Below are positions 42,521 through 56,195 of a stretch of 64,000 nucleotides of DNA, one piece after another. Made by a program: the position numbers and the translations under genes. Under the pieces are notes generated by a model, which worked only from the letters and a program-made list of their open reading frames with translations, was not told the origin of the DNA and did not search any database. Every line of letters begins with the position of its first letter. Within the stretch, counting starts at the first letter, position 1. The DNA is from Octopus vulgaris (Eukaryota). The stretch covers positions 68,386,001 through 68,450,000 of the forward strand of contig OX597821.1 in assembly GCA_951406725.2 (NCBI GenBank), given 5' to 3'.

Positions 42521-43268
42521 TAGCCTCTATTGTTCCCTGGGCCACTCTGACCCCCGAGTAAAGGCAAATGTCAGGTTCCCAGTTATGGGTTAATTAACAT
42601 GCCACGGAATTATCTCAGGAAGAGGACCACACACAGACAGCCCGGGCCAAATGCAGCCCTTCAGCTCTTTAGCTGCCATCTTAGATAAGGCAACTCCGTA
42701 CAAATCCCGTGTTCTGATAACTACTGGAATCTCGTGACACTTTCTGCGCCAGACCAACACCCTTTCGCAATACCCTTAAAGCCAATACCTCCTCATACAT
42801 ACATACATACGTATACATACACACACACACATATACATATACATACATACACACAACTTTCGCTGAAGCTAACATAGCTGCTACTAATTAGACTAACACA
42901 ACCATCACCATATATGCTTCTACTATAACTAGCATTGCTGCTGCTACTGCTACCACTAATAACCCCAATCAGAATAGGCAAGTGCCACTGCTTGAGCTAT
43001 TATTATTTCTACGACCCAACAACAACAATCAGGACCAAACGAAATATCAGCGCCAAGCGAATTTTGTAAGAAAAACATATTAGCTTTCTGATCTGGTATC
43101 ATGAAATATTAATTTAATTTAATTTATTTTAGTTTTGTTTCAGTAAGACTAAATCGTCTTTTAAAGTGATTGAAACCGGTAACCCGTTTTGGTAAAGATG
43201 TAAATACTTTCTTCCCTTTGGCCATGATAAACTTCTCGAAGAGTTTTCTTTTTGTTATATATACGTAC

Positions 43269-43780
<512 letters not shown>

Positions 43781-43794
43781 GTACGTGTGTGTAT

Positions 43795-44005
43795 ATGTTT
43801 ATGTGTCTGTGTTTGTCCCGCCAACATTGCTTGACAACCGATGCTGGTGTGTTTATGTCCCCGCAACTTACCGGTTGGGCAAAAAAGACCGATAGAATAA
43901 GTACTAGGCTTACAAAGAATAAGTCCAGGGGTCGATTTGCTCGACTAAAGGCGGTGCTCCACATGGCCGCAGTCAAATGGCTGAAACAAGTAAAAGAGTA
44001 AAAAA
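43795..44005 (+). mobile_element. SINE family B 3' half
   Basis: Match to consensus tail. Confidence 0.8.
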
Positions 44006-44447
44006 GTAAATGAGCTACTTTATGCAAATGACTTCTACTATAACACCTAGCCGATCAAAGGTTTGTGAATGGATTTGCTAGCTGGAACCTTAAAGAAGCC
44101 TATCTTATATATGTATACGTGTGTGTCTTGTGCGTCTTGTATGTTTGTATGTATGTCATTATTCAGTTTTATTTCAAGATTTCTTGCCAATAGAGAGAGA
44201 GCCGGTTTCTAACCTAGATCCAATGCTCCTTCACTGGAATTTCAACATCAACATTTTTGTTTGTATGTATGTATGTATGTATGTATGTATGTATGTATGT
44301 CTATATTTGTGTGGCAGTTGTCTTCCTCCACCGCCTGATAACTGGAGTTGGTTTATTCGTTGGTCTTTTTACCAACAAATCAATATTTGTCGGTTTATCA
44401 GCAAAAGACCAAAAGATAAATGCTGGGGTAGATTTGTTCATCTAAAC

Positions 44448-44771
44448 ACGTCGTTCTCAACCGGGGTCCATATCACCCCTGAGGGTGCATATAAGATTTG
44501 TGGGGTTCGGAAATCCATGATCGTATTTTAAGGATTCGTGAAAAACTTTTGCTTCAAATCAGTTTAGCGCAAGAAACAGCTCAGTTTTTTTTTCCTCTCA
44601 CGTTTTAGATAGTTCAAACAACACAAGTGAATGTGTGATAAACAAAAAAAGGAATTTTGAAAGCAGTATTTACAAAACAAGATTTTGAACATGAAATATG
44701 TATGGGGGCCCACCAAAACAGATTAGTAATCAAATGGGTTCATAGATTTAAAGAATGGTTGAAAACCATTA
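44448..44771. mobile_element. hAT (Charlie-like) MITE nested in a family B SINE tail
   Basis: Imperfect TIRs ACGTCGTTCTCAACC / GGTTGAAAACCATTA; 8-bp TSD ATCTAAAC (44440-47) / GTCTAAAC (44772-79); SINE tail resumes after it. Confidence 0.75.
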
Positions 44772-45652
44772 GTCTAAACCCTTCAAGGCTGTGCCCCAGC
44801 AAGGCCGCAGTCCAATCACTGAAACTAGTATAAGATAAAGTTGAAAGATAAAATATCAAAAATATAAACTGATTTTGATGTACATATATATAATACATAT
44901 TTACTTATTTTTACGTTTTGGTTTCTGGAAGAGTTGTCGGCATAGTGCCTGATAAATGTAATTGAGAATAAATTTCATCTTTACACTCAGTGTACAACCT
45001 TGTTTCAATTTCTTTTTTCTTTACCGGATGTGAATAACACATCATGGAATATTCATTAACGTCTTGCTACTGTACTTCATTTCTGTGGTCAGGCATTGAT
45101 CTTGTGCCGATCTCAATCCTTCGTTTTAGATCTATTAGTAACTTGTGTATTATTGTTTATTCTCCTATTGCTTCACTTTCTATACATTTTTTTTTTTTTT
45201 TGCTGGATACTTACCATAAAGATTTTCTCACTCACTCCGTTTTTTTTCTCGGTATATTACGAAATTCCTTAGATTTTGTCCGTTGAACTTACCTTGTCTT
45301 TTACGTTTGCGTGAAGATGTTTTTCTTTAATATACTTAGATTCTGTTTTATATATAATCGTTTCTAAATATTTTACCGTTTACTTGTTTCAGTCATTAGA
45401 CTGCGGCCATGCTGGGGTACCACCTTAATATACAAAGAATTTATATATACTCGAAACGCGGAGTATATAAAACAGGGGACAACTGATGAAAGGAATGTTC
45501 TTTAAGTTGCCTGTCTCGTTTCTCTATTTCTTTCTTTCGTTTTTCGAAAAAAATGTTCGTTTTCCATGTTTTTATTTTTAATGTTCTCGTTTCTCATTTT
45601 CTTCACGTTTTTTGACGTCCTGTACCCATATATGCATATATTATTATTATTA

Positions 45653-45717
<65 letters not shown>

Positions 45718-45729
45718 GTTGTTATATAT

Positions 45730-46125
45730 GCGCAGGAGTTCAGTCCCACCGCGTGGCATCTTGGGCAAGTGTCTTCTACTATAGCCTTGGGCTGACCAAA
45801 GCCTTATGAGTGGATTTGGTAGACGGAATCTGAAAGAAGCCCGTCGTGTATATGTGTATATATGTGTGCGTGTGTTTGTGAGTGTGCGTTTGTGTGTATG
45901 TGTGTGTGTGTGTTTGTGTGTCTATGTTTGTCCCCATCACCACCATCGCTAGACAACTAATGTTTACGTCCCCGTAACGTAGCGGTTCGGCAATGGAGAC
46001 AGATATAATAAGTACTAGGCTTACAAAGAATACGTCCTGGGGTCGATTTCTTCGACTAAATGCGGTGCTCCTGCATGGCCGCAGTAAAATGACTGAAACA
46101 AGTAAATGAATAAAAGAATAAAAGA
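45730..46125 (+). mobile_element. SINE family B (head partly deleted)
   Basis: Match to consensus. Confidence 0.85.
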
Positions 46126-46135
46126 ATATATATAC

Positions 46136-46170
<35 letters not shown>

Positions 46171-46749
46171 CATACATACATATATAACCATTGTCCTCAC
46201 TTACTGCCCCATGCCTCTAATGGAGGAAACTACAAACACGTAGAACCCAACAAGTCGCTAAAACGTAAGCCTAAAAACTTAACGAACTTTCTTCCCGGTT
46301 TCTTTTTCTTTTCCATTTCATTGCCCTCTAAAATCATTCTGAAGATGTTTGTTAAATGTAACGAGTTAAATGTAAATTTACTCCGGTTTGACAAACAGAA
46401 ACAACTGTAAATGGTTCCGAACTACAATTAAATAATGACTTTGTAATACCAACGATCAACATCTCATTGTTAATTATTGCTCCTTTACTTTTCTTTTCTA
46501 TATATATTAAACCACGGTTTTACTTTTAAATTACCTACTACTGTACACCTTATAGATAGGACTATACATAGTAAAGTAATACACCAGGAGTGCCTACGGA
46601 TACATCTATCCCTTTGATAGTTGCATAGCCTCTGACTTATATTTTGCTATATATATATATACCCCAAATTATACTAACCAGTCTGGCTTTGTTCTCCTCT
46701 GAGTAAAGATGTAGAACCGGTGTGATTGTCACAAAGTCAGTTATTTTAA

Positions 46750-47060
46750 TGGGAGGGAGTAAGGCTATTACACTGACCCCCAGCACTCAACTGATACTTA
46801 TTTTATCAACCCCGAAAGTGTGAAAAGTAAAGTCAACCTCGGCGACATTTGAACTCAGAAAGTAAAACGGAAGAAATGCCACTAAGCATTTTTCCCTGTA
46901 TGTTGACTATTCCGTAAGCTTACCCACTTTGGTCACGTTATAATTCTTTCTATTATAGGCTTAAGGCCAGAAAATTTGTGAGGAGAGGGAACTAGTCGGA
47001 AAAAATGCCGCTAAGCATTTTGTTTAGTGTTCTAACTATTCAGCCAGCTTGCCACCTTTG
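46750..47060 (-). mobile_element. SINE family A copy plus a deleted copy
   Basis: Reverse-complement core and head. Confidence 0.7.
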
Positions 47061-47595
47061 GCTATCTTATATATCCTTATATGCACTCGTATAAAACAAA
47101 TCTTCCTCGGCATATGTGCATGTGTGTGTGCTTGGGCGTACGCGCGTGTGTTTGTGCGTATTATTTATGTCATCTGTATTTATTGGGTTCAAAATGTTGT
47201 TGATAGTTTTCTGGGTTTTCTTATTTAATGCTTTCTTTTCAGTTAAATTCTAATTCTTCTTATCTAAGCTGCAGATCATGGCTTTGTATTTCCATCTAAT
47301 TTCTTATCCTTTCGATTTAACTCTATCTCGAGTAATAGTGCCCAGAAAATGCCTCTTTACACTATTTTAATAATGTAAGGCAGCGTATACTCGTTATGAT
47401 ACAAGCGAACGATGGGGCAGAATTAGTAACACTCTTTATGAAAATGCTCGGTGGTATTTAATCACTTCCTTTCCGTTCTTAGTTCAATCATTGGAGAGGT
47501 CGACTTTACAGTTCATTCCTCTGGAGATTGATAAAACGAATACCAGTCAAATATTTAGGTCAATCGAATCAAGTGTGTGCGTTATTTGAAATAAA

Positions 47596-47880
47596 GAAAT
47601 AATTTACTCTCGTCTCTTTCCTACAGATTTTGTATTTGCTGTCTGACTGAGTTTTGTCAATCTTGCTTGTATCAGATTTGTCCTAATGGCTTGTTCCTTA
47701 GAGGATATAATTAGCAATTTGGTTTCTCATCTGAAGTGCTTGACCGTCGCCAAAACCAGCGTTCTTTATTTCTAAAATCCTCGGTTTCTTGGAAGAAATG
47801 GAATTACATCGGCCATGTAATTCTATTTCTTTCTATCTGCTTGTTCTTTTGTCCTTCCCTCTGTTCTTGTATTCTCTTAC
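47596..47880 (-). mobile_element. Highly degenerate R4-like LINE fragment (zinc-knuckle region)
   Basis: Minus strand reads ..EQAIRTNLIQAR-DKTQSDSKYKICRKE.. across frameshifts. Confidence 0.55.
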
Positions 47881-49019
47881 GGTTTCAGTAACTTTTTGGA
47901 CATTTCAAAATTACGTTAAGGGTACATGTATCTGTGGAATACTCAGCCACTTACACCTTAATTCAGGAGCAAGTAATTCGGTTGATTTATCGAACACTTG
48001 TATCTTCATCATCGGAATTCAGAAGTTAACCACCACATAGACAGGACGAACTTCACCAATAGAAGGTTACTAGATTTCGAAGATTTAAGACGATATCCTT
48101 CACCACCATCACCGCCAGCACATGGTACTTCTAACTAGCATTGATCATATGTCATCGTACAAGGTTTTACCATATATCAACAGCGTTTGTATTTTACTAC
48201 ACGTATTTCTGCAGGAACAGTCTTCATATTTGTTATTTTCCAAAGATACCTTGTTGATTATTGTTGTAACATTTATCGTTTCGATAGAGCTGGTGTATGC
48301 GCTTGTGTAATTCTGTAAATGTCTGTAAACATCAGTAAACAATTTATTTACTGATTTATATTGTACTTGTATAAATATGAAAGTTAAAGTTTAAGATAAA
48401 GATTAAAAAGCATACAAAAAATAAAGACAGATTATAAAGACAAGAAAAGAAATACTTTGAAACAAAAGTTAAATTATTTGTCTAAATCCTTCCACAAAAA
48501 ATATAAGCCGATTTGAAGCCGATTATATAAAATCTATCTACTACACACAACTTTACAAAGATTTCATATTTGTTTAGCTGCACTATCATCCGAGTACTTG
48601 TCAATAGTATACGTCTTAAGTGCTATTGGTACAAGTGTGCGACTTAGCCATCACTTATATATATATATATGTGTGTGTGTGTATTTATATATGTATGTAC
48701 GTATGTTCAAACACACACACATATATAATATATATGTATGTGTATGTCCGTGTGTGCTCCACTATGACCACAGCCGCGTGGCTGAGACGAGAAAAAGAGT
48801 AAAAATATGTATGTATGCATGTATGCATGTATAGAGAGAGAGGAGAGGAGAGAGAAAAATGGACGGGCAAACAGACAGACGGATGGACAGACAGTCAGAC
48901 TGACAGACAATCAGATAGAGAGATAAGAAGGGAGAGAGAGATATAAAGAAAGTGATCCGTCTGAATGCTTAAGAAATTCGCTTCGCTTCGCAATCACGCA
49001 ATCTCGGGAGCGTGGCTTT

Positions 49020-50560
49020 TGTGAATGGAGTCCAAAATGAAGTTGAAGTTCAAGATAAGAGGTGAAGATATACCAACAGTGAAAGAACAACCAGTAAAGA
49101 GTCTCGACAGATGGTACAGAGATTTATTAAACGATAAGAAGCAAAGCAAAGAAATACACGATTTAGTGGAACAGGGGCTAAAGGCAATTGACAGAACAAC
49201 ATTACCAGGGAAATTCAAATGTTGGATACTGCAATTTGGACTGTACTCGATGATAATGTGGCCATCGCAAATATATGAAATGGCCTCAAGTAGAGTAGAA
49301 AGGATGGAACAAAAATACAGTGTGTTTATCAGAAAATGGCTTGGTCTTCCAAAACCACTGAATACATCTGCACTCTATGGAAAACCTGTGCTGTAACTAC
49401 CGATAACATAAATCGCTAAAGAATATAAGGCAGGAAAAGCAAGGATAGTAATGATGCTAAGGTATTCGAAAGACCAGAACATCCTAGAATACCCTCCAAA
49501 GGTACGAACAGGGAGGAAATGGAAAACGGAAGAGGCAGTAAACGGGGCGATCGGAAAGCTAAGGCATGACGATATAGTTGGAGCGACGCAAGAAGCAAGA
49601 GCCGGTCTAGGGTTGCATAATTTCAAGCCGTTTTGCATGAGCAGTGTAAAAGAGATGAAGTGAGAAAGGAGGAAGAAGAAAGGCGAATTGTACATTTCGT
49701 GCAATGTAGTCAACGGGGACAGTTCCTGATATGGGAGGAATATGTGGTCAGTCAAAGAATCTCATGGAAGGAACTTTGGGCTTGGGAACAAACAAGAACA
49801 TCCTTCCTGGTCAAGTCTAGCTTCGACGTTTTACCTTCACCGGCCAATTTAGTCCGATGGAACATACAAACAACTGAATGATGTAGATGCGGAGAGAAAG
49901 CGGCGGTGAGACATGTTCTGTCAAACTGCCGGCTAGCACTAGGCAGATATACAGGGCGTCACAATCAAGTCCTCGGTGTCATAAGCGCAGCACTCAAGGA
50001 GAAGATCGAGGGATATAATAGGGGAAAGTACCCAAAAGTGGAAAAGCGCGGAAGAATATACTCCAGAAGGAAGGAAGAAGACATAAGGACAGGCCTTCAA
50101 ATAAGGTATACGAGACAGATGAAAGATGGGAGGGATACTGGGAGCTGGTCGCGGATTTGGACAGACTGATAATATTTCCACTCATAAAAACAACAAAAAG
50201 ACCGGACTTAATCTTATGGAACACAGAACGGAAAATTGGAATTTTGCTAGAGCTGATTGTGCCATGGGAAGAGAAAATCGCTAATGAAGAGCAACGGAAG
50301 GAGAACAGGTATGAGAGATTAATCGAAGAGTGCGGAGAATAGGGATGGACCTTCGAATATTACCACCTGGCCTGGCAGTGAGGGCTAGAGGCTTCATTGA
50401 AAGAAAAATGACGACATTATTTAAAAGAAGGTTTGCATTTTCGATCACAGAACTGAGAAAAGTAATAAGGAAGAGATACAGGTGGCAGTCGACAAAGCCA
50501 GTTTCTATATATGGCTGAAACGAGAAGATCCAAAATGGCTTGAAAGCCATAACATGCCGA
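49020..50560 (+). mobile_element. Degenerate Hero-like (RLE-type) non-LTR retrotransposon, 3' half
   Basis: IPTVKEQPVKSLDRWY, LPGKFKCWILQFG, KWLGLPK, VRTGRKWK, SFDVLPSPANLVRW, CRCG..RHVLSNC, RYTGRHNQVL, KRPDLILW..ELIVPWEE..RKENRY; stops and frameshifts. Confidence 0.85.
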
Positions 50561-51511
50561 CTGGGAAATAGCGTCGCTAGGTGAGGCTGGCTGACACTTA
50601 AACAGCATTACTGATTGACAAGTAGGCCAAGGTAGCGATCTCGTTCATAGCGCACCCTTCTCCTGGTTCGAAGGCTTGTATCACCAAACAGCTGGTCAGC
50701 TCTGGCTGCTGGAACTGAAACTAAGACAACACTGTTGGAACTACGCGCTCTTCCGCTCCATTGGTCTGCTGAAGCTCAGACAGTGTCACGTGACAGATAG
50801 CTGGTGCTGGCTGCTGGAGCCTACCGGCGAGTATTTTGAATGAAATTTGGCAGGGTGGTCATTCGCTCGCTGACATTCGTTGACGCTGCATCGAAGAAAC
50901 CAAAGAACAAAAGAAAAAAGGAGAAAAAAATGCACTCAACACCAGAGCTGAAGACACCTAAGAAAGGTGGGGGCACCACGTCGAAGACTGTAGAGGAGTA
51001 GGGTCCGAAATCGGACGTGGTTCCTCCTGATGATGTCTTCAGCTGTTGAGGAAACGAACCACGAAACGTGGTTGGAATTCCTCCAATGGGGCCGAACTTG
51101 AGGCTGAACGAATGTTCTACCTCTATATCCAAAACTAACTAATGTCTTGTGAATCAAATTGGTAAGCAGAATCAGTGCGTAATCCCAGATATACATGTGC
51201 CTGTATGTGTGCGTACATGTCTGTGCCTCTTAGTGTTCGCGCTTGTCTTTTACGGCTTGATGACCGTAGTTGATTAATTTATGCTCCTGTACCTCAGCAA
51301 TTTGGCAAACAAAAAGACCGATAGAGATGACCAAGTACCAAAACTTCAACAACTACTGGTGTGGATTTAATTAAATAAAACCCCTCAAACGGGCAGGTCA
51401 AAACCGACTGGTACACAGTTCAATAACTGAAGCTTGTAAATGAATAATTATTAATCTTATATACATATGTATTGCGGGGTGATTTTCCTGTGCTACGGAT
51501 ATATTTGTGCT

Positions 51512-51985
51512 TTTAAACACAGTACATCTATAAAAGATATTATCACTGGACGAATACTGCAGCAGCATTTTGCATTTGCGTGATGTATTTGCATTGAGTA
51601 TGATACATAGATGGCTATTTTAATCTAATGCCGCTTCTATTGCTTATAACAATTTTTATTCAGCCGGGTGGCTAATTGCCATGTCAGTGATTTTTTTAAT
51701 TACCTTTCCCAGTATCAGTAGCAAAAGATCTTGTCTGAGCATGCGGTTGACAGTTAGTGCATGTTCTAGATAAAGCTCAATGAGGCAGACATGCATGTCT
51801 GGGCATTCTCACCACACCTGCTGGGCCATTTGCATGTGCTTCTGATATATTTAAACACAGTACGTCCGTAAGAGATATTATCTCCGTATGAATATGACTT
51901 TAATTTGCCTTTTCGTGATGTATTTGCGTAAAGTACGATTCACAGATAGCTATTTTAATCTAATACTACATTCTGTTGCATAGAT
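51512..51985. repeat. Diverged ~135-bp direct repeats (51512-51648 and 51850-51985) abutting (TA)n
   Basis: TTTAAACACAGTAC..AGATATTATC..CGTGATGTATTTGC..GCTATTTTAATCTAAT present twice, period 338 bp. Confidence 0.75.
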
Positions 51986-51988
51986 CGG

Positions 51989-52065
<77 letters not shown>

Positions 52066-52176
52066 TATACATATATATTAATAATATAAGGGTAAATAAT
52101 TATAAATTTTAAAATTTAATAATAGTTTCGGTATGGAAATATAACCATTATCGGTAGGAACTTTTTAAAAAAAGTT

Positions 52177-52257
<81 letters not shown>

Positions 52258-52435
52258 AAGTATTTAATTAGTGTGTGTGTGTGTGTGTGTGTGTGATTTT
52301 TTCCTCTTATCAGATAAGAGGAAAAATATATATATATAAGGGTTAAGTAACAAGTTGCTTAGCCACATACCGAAAATTTAAAAATAGTTGTCATGAATAG
52401 GCAAATAGCATTTGCAGATCTATAATTTATTGGAT

Positions 52436-52496
52436 TGTTGTGCTGAGGGCGGGAATGAGTTCTTTATAATTCTAACCCAGAAACGCGTCCACAATA
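52436..52496 (+). ncRNA. Type I hammerhead ribozyme fold (one core substitution)
   Basis: UGUUGUG-CUGAGGG-C-GGG..CCC-A-GAAA-CGCG-UC-CACAAUA: 7-bp stem I, palindromic stem III, GUC triplet; A9 replaced by G. Confidence 0.7.
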
Positions 52497-52511
52497 TATG
52501 TATATATATAT

Positions 52512-52717
52512 GAGTGGTTGTGTGGTAAGTAGCTTGCTAACGAACCACATGGTTCCGGGTTCAGTCCCACTGCTTGGCACCTTGGGCAAGTGTCTTCTAC
52601 TATAGCCTCGGGCCGACCAAAGCCTTGTGAGTGGATTTGGCAGACGGAAACTGAAAGAAGCCTGTCGTATATATATATGTGTGTGTGTGTGCGTGTGTGT
52701 GTGTCTGTGTGTGTCTG

Positions 52718-52766
<49 letters not shown>

Positions 52767-52950
52767 GTGTGTGTTTGTGTGTCTGTGTTTGTTCCTCCAA
52801 CATCGCTTGACAACCGATGCTGGTGTGTTTACGTCCCCGTAACTTAGCGGTTCGGTAAAAGAGACCGATAGAATAAGTACTAGGCTTACAAAAAAATAAG
52901 TGCTCCAGCATGGCCACAGTCAAATGACTGAAACAAGTAAGAGAGCAAAA
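52512..52950 (+). mobile_element. SINE family B
   Basis: Match to consensus with internal (TG)n. Confidence 0.88.
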
Positions 52951-53006
52951 GAGAATATATATAAGCAATAATAAATCTCTGAGAGAAGTATAAACAGTAG
53001 CTGCAC

Positions 53007-53096
<90 letters not shown>

Positions 53097-53734
53097 TGTA
53101 TGTATATATATATATATATGTGCGTGTATATATATATATGTTTGTGTGTGTGTGTGTGTGCGTGTGTGTATCACACCCACATATATTTACACATATACCT
53201 TTTTTTTTAATATACATTGCCATTTTTTCTCGTTTATCTCTACAACAACTGATTCCCACAGGCCCTTGGTCACAGACATTCCACACTTGAAACTAACGCT
53301 TTACACCGGAATATGAAAAATTTGTTGTAAATAAAAGATGACTGTTTCAACCGAACGATGGTATATAATCTTTGGAGGCAGATCACCTTTTCTTGTGATG
53401 TCGTATGTCTACTTCTTCTTCAGACATTCTTTAACTTGAGAAGTTCACATGACTTTTTTCTTTATATCTTCTGTCTTTTAACGTTCACGAACTTTTTGTT
53501 TCTCTCCTATCGAAATTTGAAATCTCCTATACCTAATTATACTTTGCATCGGTAGAATGTCCGACAGTACTCATATGTCGATCTGAGATTCGAACCCGCG
53601 ATCTCTCGACCGTAAGTCTGCTTCTCTAACCACTAGGCCATGTGTTTCTGCTTGTTAGATACTCGAATAAGAATTATTGAATTCCTTGGTTGTTGTTCAT
53701 GTTGTTGTTGTTTGTTTGTTTGTTCCTTCTGAAG

Positions 53735-54421
53735 TCATGCCTGGTTCATAAGGGCCGGTTTCCCCATTTCATTGACATATAGGTTTCCTACCTGAACAGG
53801 ACGCCGAACCGTCGCAGGTGAGCTGCCAGACGGACGAGGAAAGAATGAGAGAAAGTTGTGGCATAGGAGTGGTTGTGTGGTAAGTACCTTGCTTACCAAC
53901 CACGTGGTTCCGGGTTCAGTCCCACTACGTGGCACCTTGGGTATGTCTTCTACTATAGCCTCGGGCCGAACAAAGCCTTGTAAGTGGATTTGGTAAACGG
54001 AAACTGAAAGAAGCCCGTCATATATATATATATATATATATACGTGTGTGTGTGTGTACGTTTGTGTGTCTATGTTTGTCTCCCCAACATCGCTTGACAA
54101 CCGATGCTGGTGTGTTTACGTCCCAGTAGCTTAGCGGTTCGGCAAGACAGACCGATAGAATAAGTACTAGGCTTACAAAGAATAAGTCCTGCGGTCGATT
54201 TTCATGACTAAAGGTGGTACTCCCGCATGACCACAGTCACATGATTGAAACAAATAAAAGAGTAAAAAAGAGAAAAAAATCGTTCGCCATTACCTTCTGC
54301 CGGAGCTGCGTGGAGCTTAGGTGTTTCTCTCATAAATACACATCGCCCGATCTGAGATTCGAACTCGCGATCTCTCGACTGTGAGTCCACTTCTCTAACC
54401 ACTAGGCCATGTGCCTCCACA
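53735..54421 (-). mobile_element. SINE with family D head and third tail type, interrupted by a + strand family B SINE (53863-54270)
   Basis: Head at 54281-54421, tail at 53735-53862; extra head fragment at 53570-53645. Confidence 0.75.
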
Positions 54422-55309
54422 TTGAATTCCTTTACTGTCTTTTATTCTGCTACTAGTTGCAGTCATTGGACTGCCGCCATGCTGGGAAACCTCGTTTTTT
54501 AGGAATCTTTCGATCATATTGAACACAATACATATTATTTAAAGTCTACTATTTTATATTTGTCGAATGAATGATTTATCGAACATAAAGGTAACCACAC
54601 ACACCTCCATACTAACATGTCATCATTTTTTTTTGTGTGTGTATGTGTGTATACGTATGCATGTATATTATTCAGTATACATACATAATGGGTATAACTA
54701 TAACATTGTTCTCATCCATGTCTACATATACGCATGCATGATGCTTGATTTTCCGCCTGCATGTTGTTGAAACAATTGTAAACCATGGAATAAATATAAT
54801 ACCAGCTACTCCATTCTTCACTTTTATGTGTGAGCGTACGTGTGTCTGTGTCTGCGTGTGTGTACGTGCGCGCATGTCTATATGCAGAAAAAGAGAAAAC
54901 AAATAGCGCTTAAAATTTACGATAGCAGTTTAAATAGTATTTTATTGATGTTTTCATAGATTGCATCATATCATGTAATCCACCATCTTCAGGTAAAATT
55001 TTAAACAGGTAAGATTTCATGCATCAACCGGGGCAATTCCAACGTCGTATATATATATATGTACAGAGAGAGAGAGTGGGGAGATACATACACGCAAACA
55101 TTCATGTATACATAAATAGATGCATGTATGCATGCATACATACCTACCTACATACATACATACATACATACACAATCACACACACACACATGCGAAGGTG
55201 TTCCGTATTTCACTCACAAGTCATTGATCGACGATCGAGGTTATAGTAGATGTCACGCAGTGGGGCCGAGCTTGAAACCACGTGATCGTGAAGCAAATTT
55301 CTTTGCCAT

Positions 55310-56195
55310 TCAGCCATCATCCGCATCCTAGTCAGGTATCGCACTATGCGATGCTGTGGTCATCACGATGTCTTGCCACCTTCTCCTGTCCTCTACCCAA
55401 TGGACAGCTGAGAATAAAGACAATCCCGTGGCTGCGATGTCTTTCAGCCAAGAAGTGGTTGGTCTGCCTCTTTTACGTCTGCCGTTCACCCTGCCAGTTA
55501 TTATCATTTGCTCAAGTCCATCCCGACGCATGATGTGGCCAAAGAACCGTAGCTTCCGCTTCATGATGTTTCACCGAAGCGTCATCTCGCAACCGAGCTT
55601 TTCTAGTCCCCAGTTGTTCGTCCTTCTCTCCATCCACGACACTCTAAGGATTCTGCGGTAACACCACATCTCAAAAGCGCTCACTCTTTTCTCGTCTGCT
55701 TTCAACATCGTCCACTACTCGTAGCCGTACGTCGCAATAGAGAAAGCAGCAACCCGAAGTAGCCTTATCTTCAGCATCATTGACACGCCACGACTCTTCC
55801 AGATGTTCTCCATATCTTGTACCGCTTGCCTCGCTATCGCAAGCCTTCTCCGTATCTCTGGTATACTTGATCCACTGGTGTTGATTGTAGATCCCAAGTA
55901 CACAAAATCATCCACTTCCTGAAGTTACCTCGGTCTGTCTTGTACTTATCCACCACCAAGATCTTTGTCTTCTTTACATTCAGGAACAGGTCACTTTGTG
56001 CACTCATGTCTTTCACTTTGCGTATCATCTGCATCATTCGTCCTTGATGTTACTAATGAGGGTTGTGTCATCGGCGTATCTCAGATTGCACAGCCTTTCT
56101 CCGCCAATCTGCACACCTCCATCGTAGTTCTCCTTCATCGCTCTTATGATGTTTTCTGCATAGATGTTGTACAGATATGGAGACAGAACATTCAA
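55310..56195 (-). mobile_element. Degenerate 5'-truncated RTE-clade LINE
   Basis: LSPYLYNIYAE, NLRYADDTTL, LNVKKTK, FVYLGS, EIRRRLAIA, AFEMWCYRRILRVSW, RKLRFFGHIMRR, GRRKRGRP..W. Confidence 0.9.

Noticed and set aside
45440-45630. GAAACGCG..CTGATGA Penelope-like terminus as an active hammerhead
   Set aside because: No GAAA after the stem following CTGATGA and no valid cleavage triplet; at most a decayed remnant
48010-48140. Short frame NSEVNHHIDRTNF..PSPPSPPAHGTSN* as a terminal exon
   Set aside because: Begins within a SINE remnant; no homology or solid splice site
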